Shown here in pieces: positions 47,202-57,115 of a DNA stretch of 64,000 nt; the stretch's first letter is position 1, and the number at the start of each line of letters is the position of its first letter. Both the position numbers and the translations under genes were made by a program. Source of the DNA: Deltaproteobacteria bacterium (GTDB lineage: Bacteria > Myxococcota_A > Polyangia > JAAYKL01); the NCBI GenBank assembly GCA_016936575.1, contig JAFGXQ010000045.1, forward strand, positions 70,664-134,663, read 5' to 3'. The notes beneath the pieces were generated by a model. That model was not told the DNA's origin. It was given only the letters and a program-made list of their open reading frames with translations, and did not search any database.

Positions 47202-49667
47202 CTATTTGATACCCAGTCGAATCTCCTGTATCGCACTTTTCAACATGGCCCGCTCCTGTGACGTGGCCGCAGTCATCAGCGCATGTTCCAACACCGGCAA
47301 CGAGGCTGTCGAATCTCGTTGAACCAGTCCGGAAATCGCTAAAAACCGCACATGCATATTTCTATCATTAATAATTCGTGTCTCCAGCGCAACACGCGCG
47401 CGATCGTCCATAATCGGAATCAATTCCTTCACCGCCTTATATCGGACCGTCGCACTTTTCGAATTTGTATAAAAAACCAAATCCTCGACGGTGGTTTTCG
47501 CAACCGACATCGGCACAGTGTATGTGCTTTCCTCTGCGCCCGCGACGCCCGGTTGTGCCTCCGCGCCCGCATGTTGCGACTGTTTCACCGTGGACTTTTC
47601 ACTTATGCGTTCAGCCTGTGTAGCTGCCAATCGTTCCTGCTCAGCAGCGGCACGTTCCTCCCGCTCTCGGCGTTTGGCTTCTTGGGCTTCTTCTCGGGCG
47701 AGGCGCTTGGCCTCCTCAGCCTCTTCACGTGCGATTCGCTTGGCTTCTATCTCTTCTTCCTTTTTCAGCCGCGCCAACTCTTTCTCTCTCTCCCGCTCCT
47801 GACGCGCCAGTTCCTGCTCCGCTTTCTTACGTTCTTTTTCTGCACGGCGCTCTTCCTCTTCGGCTTTCCGTTTCTCTATGGCCGCACGCTTTTGTTCCTC
47901 GCGTTCAAGCCGCTTCTGCTCCGCGAGCGCTTTTTTCTCTTCAGCTTTTCTTCTGGCGTCTTCAGCCTTCTGACGTTTTTCCTCTTCCCGCTGTGCTTTC
48001 AATTCCGCCAGGCGTTGTTTTTCTGCTTCCTTCTTCGCCAGTGCCGCCAGCCGCTGTTCTTCTTTCAGTCGTTCCCTCGCCTCTTGGGCCTTCTGTCTCT
48101 CTGCGGCAGCAACCGCTCGCTCCTCTTCAGCCTTTTTATGTGCGTCTTCGGCAGCGATGCGTTGTTCCTCTTCCAGTCGCTCTTTTTCAGCCAGTTTTTT
48201 GGCTTTGTCCGCCCTTCGCGCGGCTTCCGTCTCTTTCCTTCTGGCTTCTTCCTCTTGTCGCTGCATTTCTTTTTCGCGCGCCGCCGCTTCCGTTGCCAAT
48301 CGGCGCTCTTCAGCTTTCTGTTTTAACTCTTCTTCGCGTTTCGCGTTCGCCTCATCTCGTTTTCGCTTTTCTTCTTCACGCTTCGCTGCGAGCGCCGCTT
48401 TGCGTTCTTCGTCTTCACGCCGCTTTTCTTCAAGCGCGGCCTGTCTTTGTGCGTCCTGTTCCTTTTTTAATGCAAGCTTACGTTCCTTCGCCTCCTCGAC
48501 TTTCCGCATTGCCTCTTCCTGAGCAAAACGTTTCTTTTCAGCACGTTCCTTCTTGGCGGCTTCCAACGCAGCACGCTTTTCTGCAAGTTCCTGTTTTCGT
48601 TTTTCCGCAGCGGCTTCACGCGCCGCAGCGCGCTCTTGACGTTCCGCCTCCCTAGCGAGTTTTCGCTCTTCAGCTTCCTTCTCGCGCTGCTCTTTTTCCA
48701 ACCGTCGTTTTTCAGCTGCCTCGAACGCCGCCTGTTCTTTTTCAGCCTTTTTCTTTTCGGCCTCGGTCATCTCCACCGCAACAGGCTCTTCGATTTGCCC
48801 CGTGTCCGCTTCTGCAACTTTTTGTCCCTCATCCGTCTCGTTCTCCGACGTCCCGTTTTGTTTCGCTTCCTGCTCCTCCTTCATCGAAGGAGGTAGTTCA
48901 TCGGCTTCCTCTTCTCCCCTTCGCTCCGCAAAAATTTCGTCGGCAAGACTCTTATCGGTAACAACATCTTCACCTTTTAAAATAGATTTAATCCGATCTG
49001 TCTCCGCAACGATTCGATACGCCATATCACGGGTGATCTCAGTACCGCCGACGGCCATATATTCCTTGTATTTTTTATACGCCCAATCCCACTGTTTCGC
49101 CTTTGACGCACAAAGCGCCGACTCCAATAACAACGTATAATCCTGATTGTACTGATAGGCTGTATCGTAACTCTTGTACGCGGTTACATAGTCTTCTATT
49201 TCAATGGCTTCTTCCGCTTCAATCACCGCCACCGTTGAGCGAAGCCACTGGCCCGCCACGCTTGCGCCGACGACATCTCCGTCAGCGGCATCAATTCGTT
49301 CGATTTCCCCGCGCAGCGATTCAGTCTGCGTCTTGTCCAGCTTCTTGGAATCCACCAATGCCTGGTACCGCTTTCTGGCTTCTTTGTAGTCTTTGGCTAA
49401 AAACGCAAAATGAGCCAATGCGATTTCATACTTGATGAGAGGCTCTTTCTGACTGGCCGCGGTTACTTCAGCGACCGCACCGTCAAAGTCACGCGCCTGC
49501 GCCTTCTCGAGCCCCAAACGCCAATGGGCAGTTGCGGACATTGTGGAGTCCACCGATTGAACCGGAACATTCTGTTTGGAGCATCCCCATACGAAGAAAC
49601 ATACACACACAACAAATATCAACCGTACATTTGATTTCTCGCGCAATCCCATTTTGGACTCCTTCAC
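47202..49667 (-). CDS. Lipoprotein/membrane-anchored protein with a TPR-like N-terminal region, a ~470-aa E/K/R/A-rich single-alpha-helix-like segment and C-terminal HEAT/PBS-type repeats
   Basis: Signal plus lipobox FVWGCS. Helical repeat region with W/Y-containing pairs. Then KKKAEKEQAAFEAAEKRRLEKEQREKEAEERKLAREAER... for about 470 residues. C-terminal ATVRYKAVKELIPIMDDRARVALETRIINDRNMHVRFLAISGL. Confidence 0.6.
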   Translation of the reverse strand: MKESKMGLREKSNVRLIFVVCVCFFVWGCSKQNVPVQSVDSTMSATAHWRLGLEKAQARDFDGAVAEVTAASQKEPLIKYEIALAHFAFLAKDYKEARKRYQALVDSKKLDKTQTESLRGEIERIDAADGDVVGASVAGQWLRSTVAVIEAEEAIEIEDYVTAYKSYDTAYQYNQDYTLLLESALCASKAKQWDWAYKKYKEYMAVGGTEITRDMAYRIVAETDRIKSILKGEDVVTDKSLADEIFAERRGEEEADELPPSMKEEQEAKQNGTSENETDEGQKVAEADTGQIEEPVAVEMTEAEKKKAEKEQAAFEAAEKRRLEKEQREKEAEERKLAREAERQERAAAREAAAEKRKQELAEKRAALEAAKKERAEKKRFAQEEAMRKVEEAKERKLALKKEQDAQRQAALEEKRREDEERKAALAAKREEEKRKRDEANAKREEELKQKAEERRLATEAAAREKEMQRQEEEARRKETEAARRADKAKKLAEKERLEEEQRIAAEDAHKKAEEERAVAAAERQKAQEARERLKEEQRLAALAKKEAEKQRLAELKAQREEEKRQKAEDARRKAEEKKALAEQKRLEREEQKRAAIEKRKAEEEERRAEKERKKAEQELARQEREREKELARLKKEEEIEAKRIAREEAEEAKRLAREEAQEAKRREREERAAAEQERLAATQAERISEKSTVKQSQHAGAEAQPGVAGAEESTYTVPMSVAKTTVEDLVFYTNSKSATVRYKAVKELIPIMDDRARVALETRIINDRNMHVRFLAISGLVQRDSTASLPVLEHALMTAATSQERAMLKSAIQEIRLGIK

Positions 49668-49757
49668 ATACTAAAAACGATTTAATGAATCTTAGTATAG
49701 CACAACACCCAGCGCACCCCAACGCGGGAGAACGCAAAGCACGACACTTTTTTCATT

Positions 49758-50111
49758 CTACTTTGAAAGGTAATCCTGAAGGGCCCGGAACTGCGCTTCC
49801 AGCTCTCCCACCAGCTCAGACACAATACCCAATTCGCCATTCTTTCCAGCCTTTTCAATTTCGTAGGCAATTTGACGCATTCGCAACGCGGACACGTTGC
49901 TAGACGCCCCTTTGATAGTGTGCCCCTGGCGCACAATCTGGTCCTGATCACCACTGGACTGCGCATGTTTCAATGTTTCAATCTGATGAGGTGTATCCTC
50001 GAGATATACACTGACCACTTCGCTCACCAATTCCTCGTCATCACACAACCGCGAAAGAAGCGCTTCCTTGTCAAAAATTTTTGTATCGGTAATATTTGTC
50101 ATTTCTATCAT
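49758..50111 (-). CDS. Histidine phosphotransfer (Hpt) domain protein
   Basis: HTIKGASSNVSALRM motif (H-x-x-KG-x-S). Small helical protein. Start placed at the internal MIEM. Confidence 0.65.
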   Translation of the reverse strand: MIEMTNITDTKIFDKEALLSRLCDDEELVSEVVSVYLEDTPHQIETLKHAQSSGDQDQIVRQGHTIKGASSNVSALRMRQIAYEIEKAGKNGELGIVSELVGELEAQFRALQDYLSK

Positions 50112-50252
50112 TTTTCCCCCCAAGTGAACGACGAATGTACAAATTTTCAACACCGGTTCACCGTATAAAGATACTATCGCCCTGCTGTAATGCAAGCCCT
50201 GAACCCACAGGGGAATCGGTCAAAACAGCTGATATCGATACAATCTCAATAG

Positions 50253-52121
50253 TTACTGCATGTTAGCGTGTACCGTCGAATCCATGACCGGTTCTAATTG
50301 ATAGTCGAACAACACCGGTTTTCTTCCGTCGCTCTTGATGGTTTCGCTGACTGTCGCCAAAATCGCCTGGTGCGACTCTGTTGCTTTCCCCGAGTCAATC
50401 AGTGCCGCAACCTCAGATACCCGAGCACCGTAAATGGATGTCAACAGCACCTGCAGATAGGATTGTACCGAATTGAAAAACGGTACCGGATAAAACGCCA
50501 GTTGTTTGGCTTGGGCATTATAAACCATCCCGTGTCCGGCGAAACCGATTTCGAGTAACTTCTTGCATACCTGCTGTTCCTCCTTATTCGATGAAGCTGT
50601 GCCGCTTAGCCACCGCGCTGCCAATGCAATCCCCCGTTCTGAGACTCCCGCATCATCAATTCGTCCCATCTCCCGCTCCATAGACACAATCCATGCCGTC
50701 GTCACCTGCACAAGAATCGAAATCAACTGCGACCATTGCTTTCGATACAACTGTTTCAAACCAATCTGCTTGCCATTCTCTGTGTCAATCACTGTCCACT
50801 CCGCAGGCAACAGTGATGATGCCAGCTCTTGCGACACTCGATTCAACAGCGCCGAATCCACACTCAGCACCACTAGGGGCATCACCGTATTCAGGGAACG
50901 GGCATCCTCCTCCAACTGTGCACTAAAACGGTTCAAATCAACAATGACCTTTTCAGCAGGCAGATGCCCCACAGAGTGAATATGCCGAACAGCCGACAAG
51001 TCGCTGAAGCGAGCATGCCCCGCCGCAATCCAAGTATCTCGAACTTCAATCGACGGAATCATCGGTTTTCCCTTGTTCAGTGGCATATTTTCCGAATGCA
51101 TCGCAGTCAGCGAATCGTACAGCTCCTCGTAATGTGCCGTAAACCAATCGGTGAATTCATTCGCGGGAAGATACGGTCTGGCCAGTTGAAACTCAAACGC
51201 TTGCTTCACACCGTAGACATCAAGATCCGTCTCGAACGCACCGAAAAGAATCCGCCACGGACCGGCCTTCCCGTCCAACACCCGCTGGTCAATACCGAAC
51301 GTGTCGATATTTCCCTCCCCGGTAATTTGAGAAAGAACCGACAGAAGTTCTCGATCCGTTCGCGCAACCATAGACGCCGCATCTGAAAAAAGCCGTGACA
51401 ACGCTGCGAAGAATTCCTTGAATCTAGGATGTGCAACGTATGAAGAAACCGTCAGTCTGCCGTTGTCTCGTTCAACCAATCCGAACGGGCTGAGCAGCTC
51501 CTTTGAATTGATCAGAGTAGACAGGTTTTCAAATTCCCGCGACGTGAAGTCCATGGGCCAAAATATCGTCCCGGTATTTCGGGGTGGAATCGAGGCGACA
51601 GCATTGCATTGAAGCGCTTTAGAGAACCGACACCATGGCCCGGCATATCGATCAAATATCGCCCGCTCTACCGGTTCACCGGATTTCCGCAGTTGTTCTT
51701 CCCATATCAGATTGGAACTGTTTACCTGAAGTTTATAGATGTCGTCCACTACCTTTGCCGCCTGCTGCATGACCTGCAACAGCGGTTGCGCGGACGCAAC
51801 TGTCTCGAGAGAATGTGTGATGGTGCGAACATCCGCCGATTCAAGTTCGTGCTGCAGCATTTGAAAGCGCTCCCGGGACTGCTCAGTATCCAGGGCTATA
51901 TTCTCTCGCGCAGAATCAATATTTTTTTTTGTTGAAGGCGACGCTTGAAACAAAGTGTCATCCTCAACCAAACGACGCGGTTCCGTTTTTCCCGGCACCG
52001 CATCGGGAATTCTCTCCTCTGCGAAAAAATTGCAGCTGCTCAACGCAACAACAATAAGCAATGAAAAAAACAAGAGCGCGTTCGATTTCAATCGGCCTGG
52101 ATACATCATCTTGGACAGCAT
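50253..52121 (-). CDS. Hypothetical lipoprotein (~620 aa)
   Basis: Internal start MLSKMMYPGRLKSNALLFFSLLIVVALSSC (signal plus lipobox). No recognisable catalytic motif. Confidence 0.4.
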   Translation of the reverse strand: MLSKMMYPGRLKSNALLFFSLLIVVALSSCNFFAEERIPDAVPGKTEPRRLVEDDTLFQASPSTKKNIDSARENIALDTEQSRERFQMLQHELESADVRTITHSLETVASAQPLLQVMQQAAKVVDDIYKLQVNSSNLIWEEQLRKSGEPVERAIFDRYAGPWCRFSKALQCNAVASIPPRNTGTIFWPMDFTSREFENLSTLINSKELLSPFGLVERDNGRLTVSSYVAHPRFKEFFAALSRLFSDAASMVARTDRELLSVLSQITGEGNIDTFGIDQRVLDGKAGPWRILFGAFETDLDVYGVKQAFEFQLARPYLPANEFTDWFTAHYEELYDSLTAMHSENMPLNKGKPMIPSIEVRDTWIAAGHARFSDLSAVRHIHSVGHLPAEKVIVDLNRFSAQLEEDARSLNTVMPLVVLSVDSALLNRVSQELASSLLPAEWTVIDTENGKQIGLKQLYRKQWSQLISILVQVTTAWIVSMEREMGRIDDAGVSERGIALAARWLSGTASSNKEEQQVCKKLLEIGFAGHGMVYNAQAKQLAFYPVPFFNSVQSYLQVLLTSIYGARVSEVAALIDSGKATESHQAILATVSETIKSDGRKPVLFDYQLEPVMDSTVHANMQ

Positions 52122-52394
52122 GACAAACTTGAGAATAAAAAACAAAAAAAGGGAGTGCGAATCACCAACGCAAACCAAAGTGAACCGCACTCCCGGAACT
52201 GGGCACATCGCGTAGGATAAAGGAGGAGACCACGCGATACATAAAATATAGCACCCCCGATTTCACTTGCCAGCGGCTCCCTGGCGTTTTGTATTCGCTC
52301 CCGCTTTTTCATCGTGTAGGTAACGAAAATGTCAACATAATTCAGAAAACAGAAAATAATCCAGGCGTAATACACGACCGCCTGCAGGTATGCG

Positions 52395-53150
52395 CTAAAG
52401 CAAAAACGGTATGACCGCTTTGCGTTCAGCGGGGTATTCGGGGAATGTATTTTTGTACCACTTATGATTGGAGATTGCGCGAGGGATCAGGTTCGCTGCG
52501 GTGAACACGGCGAATGCCGCACCCGCCGGGCTCCAGGTAAGAATGGCGAAGCCGCACCATTCCACCAACTCTCCGAAATACGCAGGCATCGAAACGAATC
52601 GAAACAATCCGCCGTAAGGTATTTTGTAGCCGGACTCTCCCGGCGCACGTAGCCGAATCAGAATATTGTCGCTCTGACGATTGATGAACATCCCAACAAA
52701 AAAAATTGCCGTGCCGACTATAAACGGAATACTGTACAGCCAACTGATGTCACGTACCGGCCCCACAAAAAAAAGCCACGCACCGTTCAGAAATCCATTC
52801 CATACATTAAAAAACATGGCCATCGCCACGACGGAAACCGGCATCTTTCGGTTGTTTCCTTTTCGCTTAAACGGAAACACGTAGGTGCGATACATATAAT
52901 GCGTTTGCCAAATCAGCAAACAAACCACCACCGTCACATTGTTGAGCCTATCGCTGAACAGATACATCAGCGTGATGGTCAGCACCGCCGGCGACTCCAT
53001 GACCACCCACCCCACCGTGCTTGAAATCAGCGGTCCCCACCCGTTTCTCGAAAACCTCCCATACGGTGCGGTGACAAACCGCAGCATGATTGCCACCAAT
53101 GCCGCAATACCCAGCAGCGACCACAACAAGACCGTGAACAGCTGTTCCAT
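52395..53150 (-). CDS. 3-oxo-5-alpha-steroid 4-dehydrogenase (steroid 5-alpha-reductase/ICMT-like) family membrane protein
   Basis: C-terminal YKIPYGGLFRFVSMPAYFGELVEW and ...KWYKNTFPEYPAERKAVIPF match the family signature. Multi-TM. Confidence 0.6.
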   Translation of the reverse strand: MEQLFTVLLWSLLGIAALVAIMLRFVTAPYGRFSRNGWGPLISSTVGWVVMESPAVLTITLMYLFSDRLNNVTVVVCLLIWQTHYMYRTYVFPFKRKGNNRKMPVSVVAMAMFFNVWNGFLNGAWLFFVGPVRDISWLYSIPFIVGTAIFFVGMFINRQSDNILIRLRAPGESGYKIPYGGLFRFVSMPAYFGELVEWCGFAILTWSPAGAAFAVFTAANLIPRAISNHKWYKNTFPEYPAERKAVIPFLL

Positions 53151-53154
53151 CAAG

Positions 53155-54135
53155 TTATCCTTTCTGCGACCGATGCCACGCCACCGTATCGGCAATCGTC
53201 TCTTCAAACGCCCTCGGCGTGATTCCTAACATCGTTTTCATTTTGTCGCTAGACAGGTTACCGTGCGTATGCAATGCGCGAACGGACTCCCGGGTAAAAA
53301 CCGGCGTTCTGCCCATCAGATTCGCAAAACCTTCATAAACCGGCGCAGTGAGGCGTGCCAGCCACAATGGACACACAAACCACGGCACCGGCACTTGGGA
53401 AACGGCGCAAACCGCAGCGGCAAATTGCGACACACTGCGATAATGCCCTCCGACAATAAATACACTTCCGGTTTCAGCCACATCGACCGCACGAAGCATT
53501 ACCCGCGCAACGTCGCGGACATCCACCCAGTTGGAACCGCCTGCAACCAACGCTCCCATACGACGTGACATCAACTGCCGGACCACACCTCCGAGCGACG
53601 ATGGCTTGTGATCTGACGGCCCCACAACTCCGGTCGGACACACCACCACTGCATGCGTCCCCTCTGATGCGGCCTGCAGGATGATTTTCTGAGCCGCCGC
53701 TTTGCTGCGATCGTACATGGGAGCACGGGAATCTGAGACGAGCGGAGACAACTCATTCAACACCTCATCCTGAGTGTCTGCGAACGCGTGAATCGTGCTG
53801 CAATAAACCAGCTTCAGCTGTTTATGCGATCGGCACGCATCCACCACGGTCCGGGTTCCCTCCACATTCACCCGCCACATCCGCGCTGTGTCATTTTCCT
53901 GTAGAGGTAACACGCCCGCCAAATGAAACACGGCGTCGGAACCGGAAAATGCCTCGATTAGAAAATCAACGTCCAGAATGTCTCCATATTTCACCTGAAT
54001 GGGCAATGCAGATACATACGGTGTTTCTTTGCGCAACAGGGCGACGACTTCCCAATTGTTATCGAGTAAATGCCGAATCAGATTGATTCCGATATGGCCG
54101 GCCGCACCGGTGACTACCGCTTTCATGCCTGCCAT
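53155..54135 (-). CDS. NAD(P)-dependent epimerase/dehydratase (extended SDR) family protein
   Basis: N-terminal VTGAAGHIGINL Rossmann motif. Catalytic YDRSK (Y-x-x-x-K). About 326 aa. Confidence 0.65.
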   Translation of the reverse strand: MAGMKAVVTGAAGHIGINLIRHLLDNNWEVVALLRKETPYVSALPIQVKYGDILDVDFLIEAFSGSDAVFHLAGVLPLQENDTARMWRVNVEGTRTVVDACRSHKQLKLVYCSTIHAFADTQDEVLNELSPLVSDSRAPMYDRSKAAAQKIILQAASEGTHAVVVCPTGVVGPSDHKPSSLGGVVRQLMSRRMGALVAGGSNWVDVRDVARVMLRAVDVAETGSVFIVGGHYRSVSQFAAAVCAVSQVPVPWFVCPLWLARLTAPVYEGFANLMGRTPVFTRESVRALHTHGNLSSDKMKTMLGITPRAFEETIADTVAWHRSQKG

Positions 54136-54469
54136 TGTAGAGGGAAACCCGATAAGAGGGCAAAAAAAAATCCTCCAAAGTGCCGTAGGTTAAGCGGTGA
54201 CCCGCTGACGCTGCAAGTGGGTTCCATATCGCTGCTTAAGGCTTCCAATCGAATGGCTTGCACACCGCAACGAGAGCTGAATCCCTATTTTCTGGTACAG
54301 CTGGGTCACATATCGCAGCGTTACGTACACTTCAGAGGACTCACACTATAAATTTGGCCACAGAATCGGTTTTGCGCAAGCGCAAAAAAGACTCATTTTT
54401 TTTCGGTGCCAAGTAGTATCGGAACCTTGAATGCTGTACATATTTGAATGTTTTGATAAAAGGCGGATC

Positions 54470-54922
54470 ATGGAACGAAAACAGCACATTCATTTAGAAC
54501 GAAATTATTTAATCGCCAGCGCCGCAGCCATCTTCACGGCATTCTTATGTATCAATCTTTATCCGGACTATCACGGCGGCCCGCAAATCGGCCGGTCCGG
54601 ATTGCTGGCACTTTCGGCTGCGATGATTGCAATGATGATCTATATTGTACACAAAGCATTAACCGATAAAAAAAATAGCGAAGAACAGAAAAACGAGGAA
54701 CCGGTCAGCGATCCGGCGCGACTTAAAAAGATGTTCTTCCTTTGGTCGGGGTTCACTGTCTTGCTCAGTGCTTCCCTAGTACGTTATCCTATATATTTTT
54801 ATATTAAAGAGAACCAACCATTCGATACCCAAGGCATCGTCAGCCTTGTGCTCGGCGTCGTGCTGACTATCGGAACCGTGCTCCACGTTGCTATTCGTGT
54901 GAAACAGTACCGAAAACTTTGA
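54470..54922 (+). CDS. Hypothetical small membrane protein (4 TM)
   Basis: Hydrophobic helices. No recognisable motif. Confidence 0.3.
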   Translation: MERKQHIHLERNYLIASAAAIFTAFLCINLYPDYHGGPQIGRSGLLALSAAMIAMMIYIVHKALTDKKNSEEQKNEEPVSDPARLKKMFFLWSGFTVLLSASLVRYPIYFYIKENQPFDTQGIVSLVLGVVLTIGTVLHVAIRVKQYRKL

Positions 54923-54966
54923 CCCCGCTGCAAAATCACCTTACCAGCGGTATCCGTTGACACCCG

Positions 54967-55479
54967 GTGAAGAATCACTACCATTGCCCCATGTCAAGCG
55001 ACTCATCACCATCTCCTGAGCAGGCCATTTTACCAGATATCAGATTGTCTATTTGCCACACGGCGCTGGCCGGCGGTTTTCTGCTGCTGAATATTCAAAA
55101 CCCCTACAAACTGGAAAACATCATGTACCTCATCATCATGAGCGCCATGCCCATCGTGGCGGTCATCAGTTGGTACTTTTTCGTCAAACGGCTTCAAGTG
55201 TGGAAAAAAATTCCACCGGAGATACGAAACCGGATTACCCGTACGCCGGCGGCACTGAAAAACCGGGCGTTCTCTCACATGCTCATGTCTCTGCTGGCCG
55301 CATCGCTGACAGCGCTCGGGTACATCGGTCACCTCATCAGTCCCCTGCAGGAACAGTACAACAAAGTTATCGAAATCATTGTGCTGTCTCTCGATGGGCT
55401 CATCGGTGTGGTTGCGATTGCCGTGCTTGCGCGAACGGTGCGCGATTTGTTCACCTTCTTCGCTGCCCAACGTTCATAA
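54967..55479 (+). CDS. Hypothetical small membrane protein (4 TM)
   Basis: Hydrophobic helices. Similar size to, and adjacent to, the previous membrane protein. Confidence 0.3.
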   Translation: MKNHYHCPMSSDSSPSPEQAILPDIRLSICHTALAGGFLLLNIQNPYKLENIMYLIIMSAMPIVAVISWYFFVKRLQVWKKIPPEIRNRITRTPAALKNRAFSHMLMSLLAASLTALGYIGHLISPLQEQYNKVIEIIVLSLDGLIGVVAIAVLARTVRDLFTFFAAQRS

Positions 55480-55604
55480 CCCCATTTTTCCATTTTTTTT
55501 GTTTTCACCTCCGAATCTTCTACTCTCTGCTGTAGAGGCAAACATTCGAAATCGACTACAGAGGCAAAAAGCAGACGATTTCAATTAGTCCCGGGAGGAA
55601 AACA

Positions 55605-57104
55605 ATGGCACTGCATACATATGGATTGCCGGAACGATGGTTCTGCGCATTGATTTTTATTGGATTCGGCTGTTCTACGGTGGTAGGCCCCGAAAACGCC
55701 GAGGAAGAACCCACCCCATCAGTGGATACATATTCGATGGATATGCCCACAGGTGTTCAACAAACCACATCAATTGACGAATCCGATGCGGCCACGCGAA
55801 CAGCCGATTCACAATCTGACGCCGACAAAGATAAACCTGATGCAAGTGCCGATCCGAACATCGACAACGAAATATCGATCCTGGACAGCTGTTCCTCAGA
55901 TTTGCCAAACGTGATTTATGTGGATGCCCATAACATTCAAAGTCAGGACGGCTTGAGTTGGCAGACAGCGTATTCAAAAATTCAACCGGCAATCGACACG
56001 GCGAACGCTATTGCCGCGAAGTGTGGCCGACACGTTGCGGTCTGGGTGAAGGCAGGTCACTACTATCTGTACGAAGCCGATGCGCCATACGGCGTTCTGG
56101 TTCGTGAAAAAGTTCATCTGTATGGCGGATTCACCGGGAATGAATCAACGGCAAATGACCGGGAAATCAAAACTTCTCCAACCATTCTGGACGCGCGAGC
56201 GAATGAAACGGCCGACCTGCGCCTGCCCCATGTAGCGGTTCTGGAGGATGCTTCGGTTCTGGACGGTGTTGTACTGACCGGCGGCTATGCGGGCGGTACC
56301 GGATTGGCGGGAATGGGCGGTGCACTGATGATTTCAAATGCATCGGTGCAACTGAGAAATGTGAACTTCATCGGGAATGTCAGTGCCTTGTCGGGAGGGG
56401 CGGTAGTTATAAAAGACAGCGACGTCTCAATAGAAAACTGTCATTTTGAATCAAACTTCACCGATGGTGACGGCGGGGCGGTACACGCAGAAAACGCAAC
56501 GATTGCCTGCACTCAGAGTACGTTCCTCGACAACCGAGCTGCCGGATACGGCGGGGCAGTTGTTGCACAGAACACCACGATGACCTTCGAAAAAAATATT
56601 TTCACCGGCAACAACGCGACCGGGGGGGGTGCCGTATCCGCCGGGGAAAGCACTTTCACTGCGACCAACTCGCTGTTTGCCGACAATACCGGATTCTTCG
56701 GCGGCGCGGTATATCTGCTCAATTACCAGATCCTATCAGTGCTCAACTGCACGTTCGCCGACAATTACGCCCAGGACAGCGGAGCTTCCCTGCTACTGGA
56801 AATCGGCAATGAAACGGTTTCGAGCGCTATTGTGAATAGCATCTTCGCAGGCGGGTACCCGAATGAACTGGCGTTGAACGATTATGCGGACGGCGATTCA
56901 GAAATATCGATTCTATGGAACGCGATTGAGGGTGGATACGCCGGAGAAGGCAATATCGATGCAGCCCCGATTTTTGAGGCAGACTCTTACATGCTTACCG
57001 AAGGTTCCCCCTGTGTGAACGCAGCGCTTGACGAAATGGCTCCCCATGATGATATTAACGGCAAACCAAGAACCAGCGCAGACATGGGCGCATATGAACT
57101 GTAG
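55605..57104 (+). CDS. Lipoprotein with right-handed parallel beta-helix repeats (Pmp/polymorphic-membrane-protein-like GGA-I/V motifs)
   Basis: Lipobox IGFGCS. Repeated GGAL/GGAV/GGAVS strands (MGGALMISNASV, SGGAVVIKDSDV, DGGAVHAENATI, YGGAVVAQNTTM, GGGAVSAGESTF, FGGAVYLLNYQI). Confidence 0.5.
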   Translation: MALHTYGLPERWFCALIFIGFGCSTVVGPENAEEEPTPSVDTYSMDMPTGVQQTTSIDESDAATRTADSQSDADKDKPDASADPNIDNEISILDSCSSDLPNVIYVDAHNIQSQDGLSWQTAYSKIQPAIDTANAIAAKCGRHVAVWVKAGHYYLYEADAPYGVLVREKVHLYGGFTGNESTANDREIKTSPTILDARANETADLRLPHVAVLEDASVLDGVVLTGGYAGGTGLAGMGGALMISNASVQLRNVNFIGNVSALSGGAVVIKDSDVSIENCHFESNFTDGDGGAVHAENATIACTQSTFLDNRAAGYGGAVVAQNTTMTFEKNIFTGNNATGGGAVSAGESTFTATNSLFADNTGFFGGAVYLLNYQILSVLNCTFADNYAQDSGASLLLEIGNETVSSAIVNSIFAGGYPNELALNDYADGDSEISILWNAIEGGYAGEGNIDAAPIFEADSYMLTEGSPCVNAALDEMAPHDDINGKPRTSADMGAYEL

Positions 57105-57115
57105 AGGATGACAAT

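Noticed and set aside
47352-49140. Plus-strand ORFs 47352..48326, 47491..47802, 47729..48655, 48157..48522, 48636..48896, 48802..49140
   Set aside because: They are antisense to the E/K/R-rich segment of 47202..49667. The complementary strand of GAA/AAG/CGC-rich DNA yields long open L/F/S/R-rich frames by composition alone.
54370-54404. Canonical rho-independent terminator call
   Set aside because: The T-run is separated from the hairpin by 8 nt and the loop is only 2 nt. It is reported only as a weak structural observation, not as a terminator feature.
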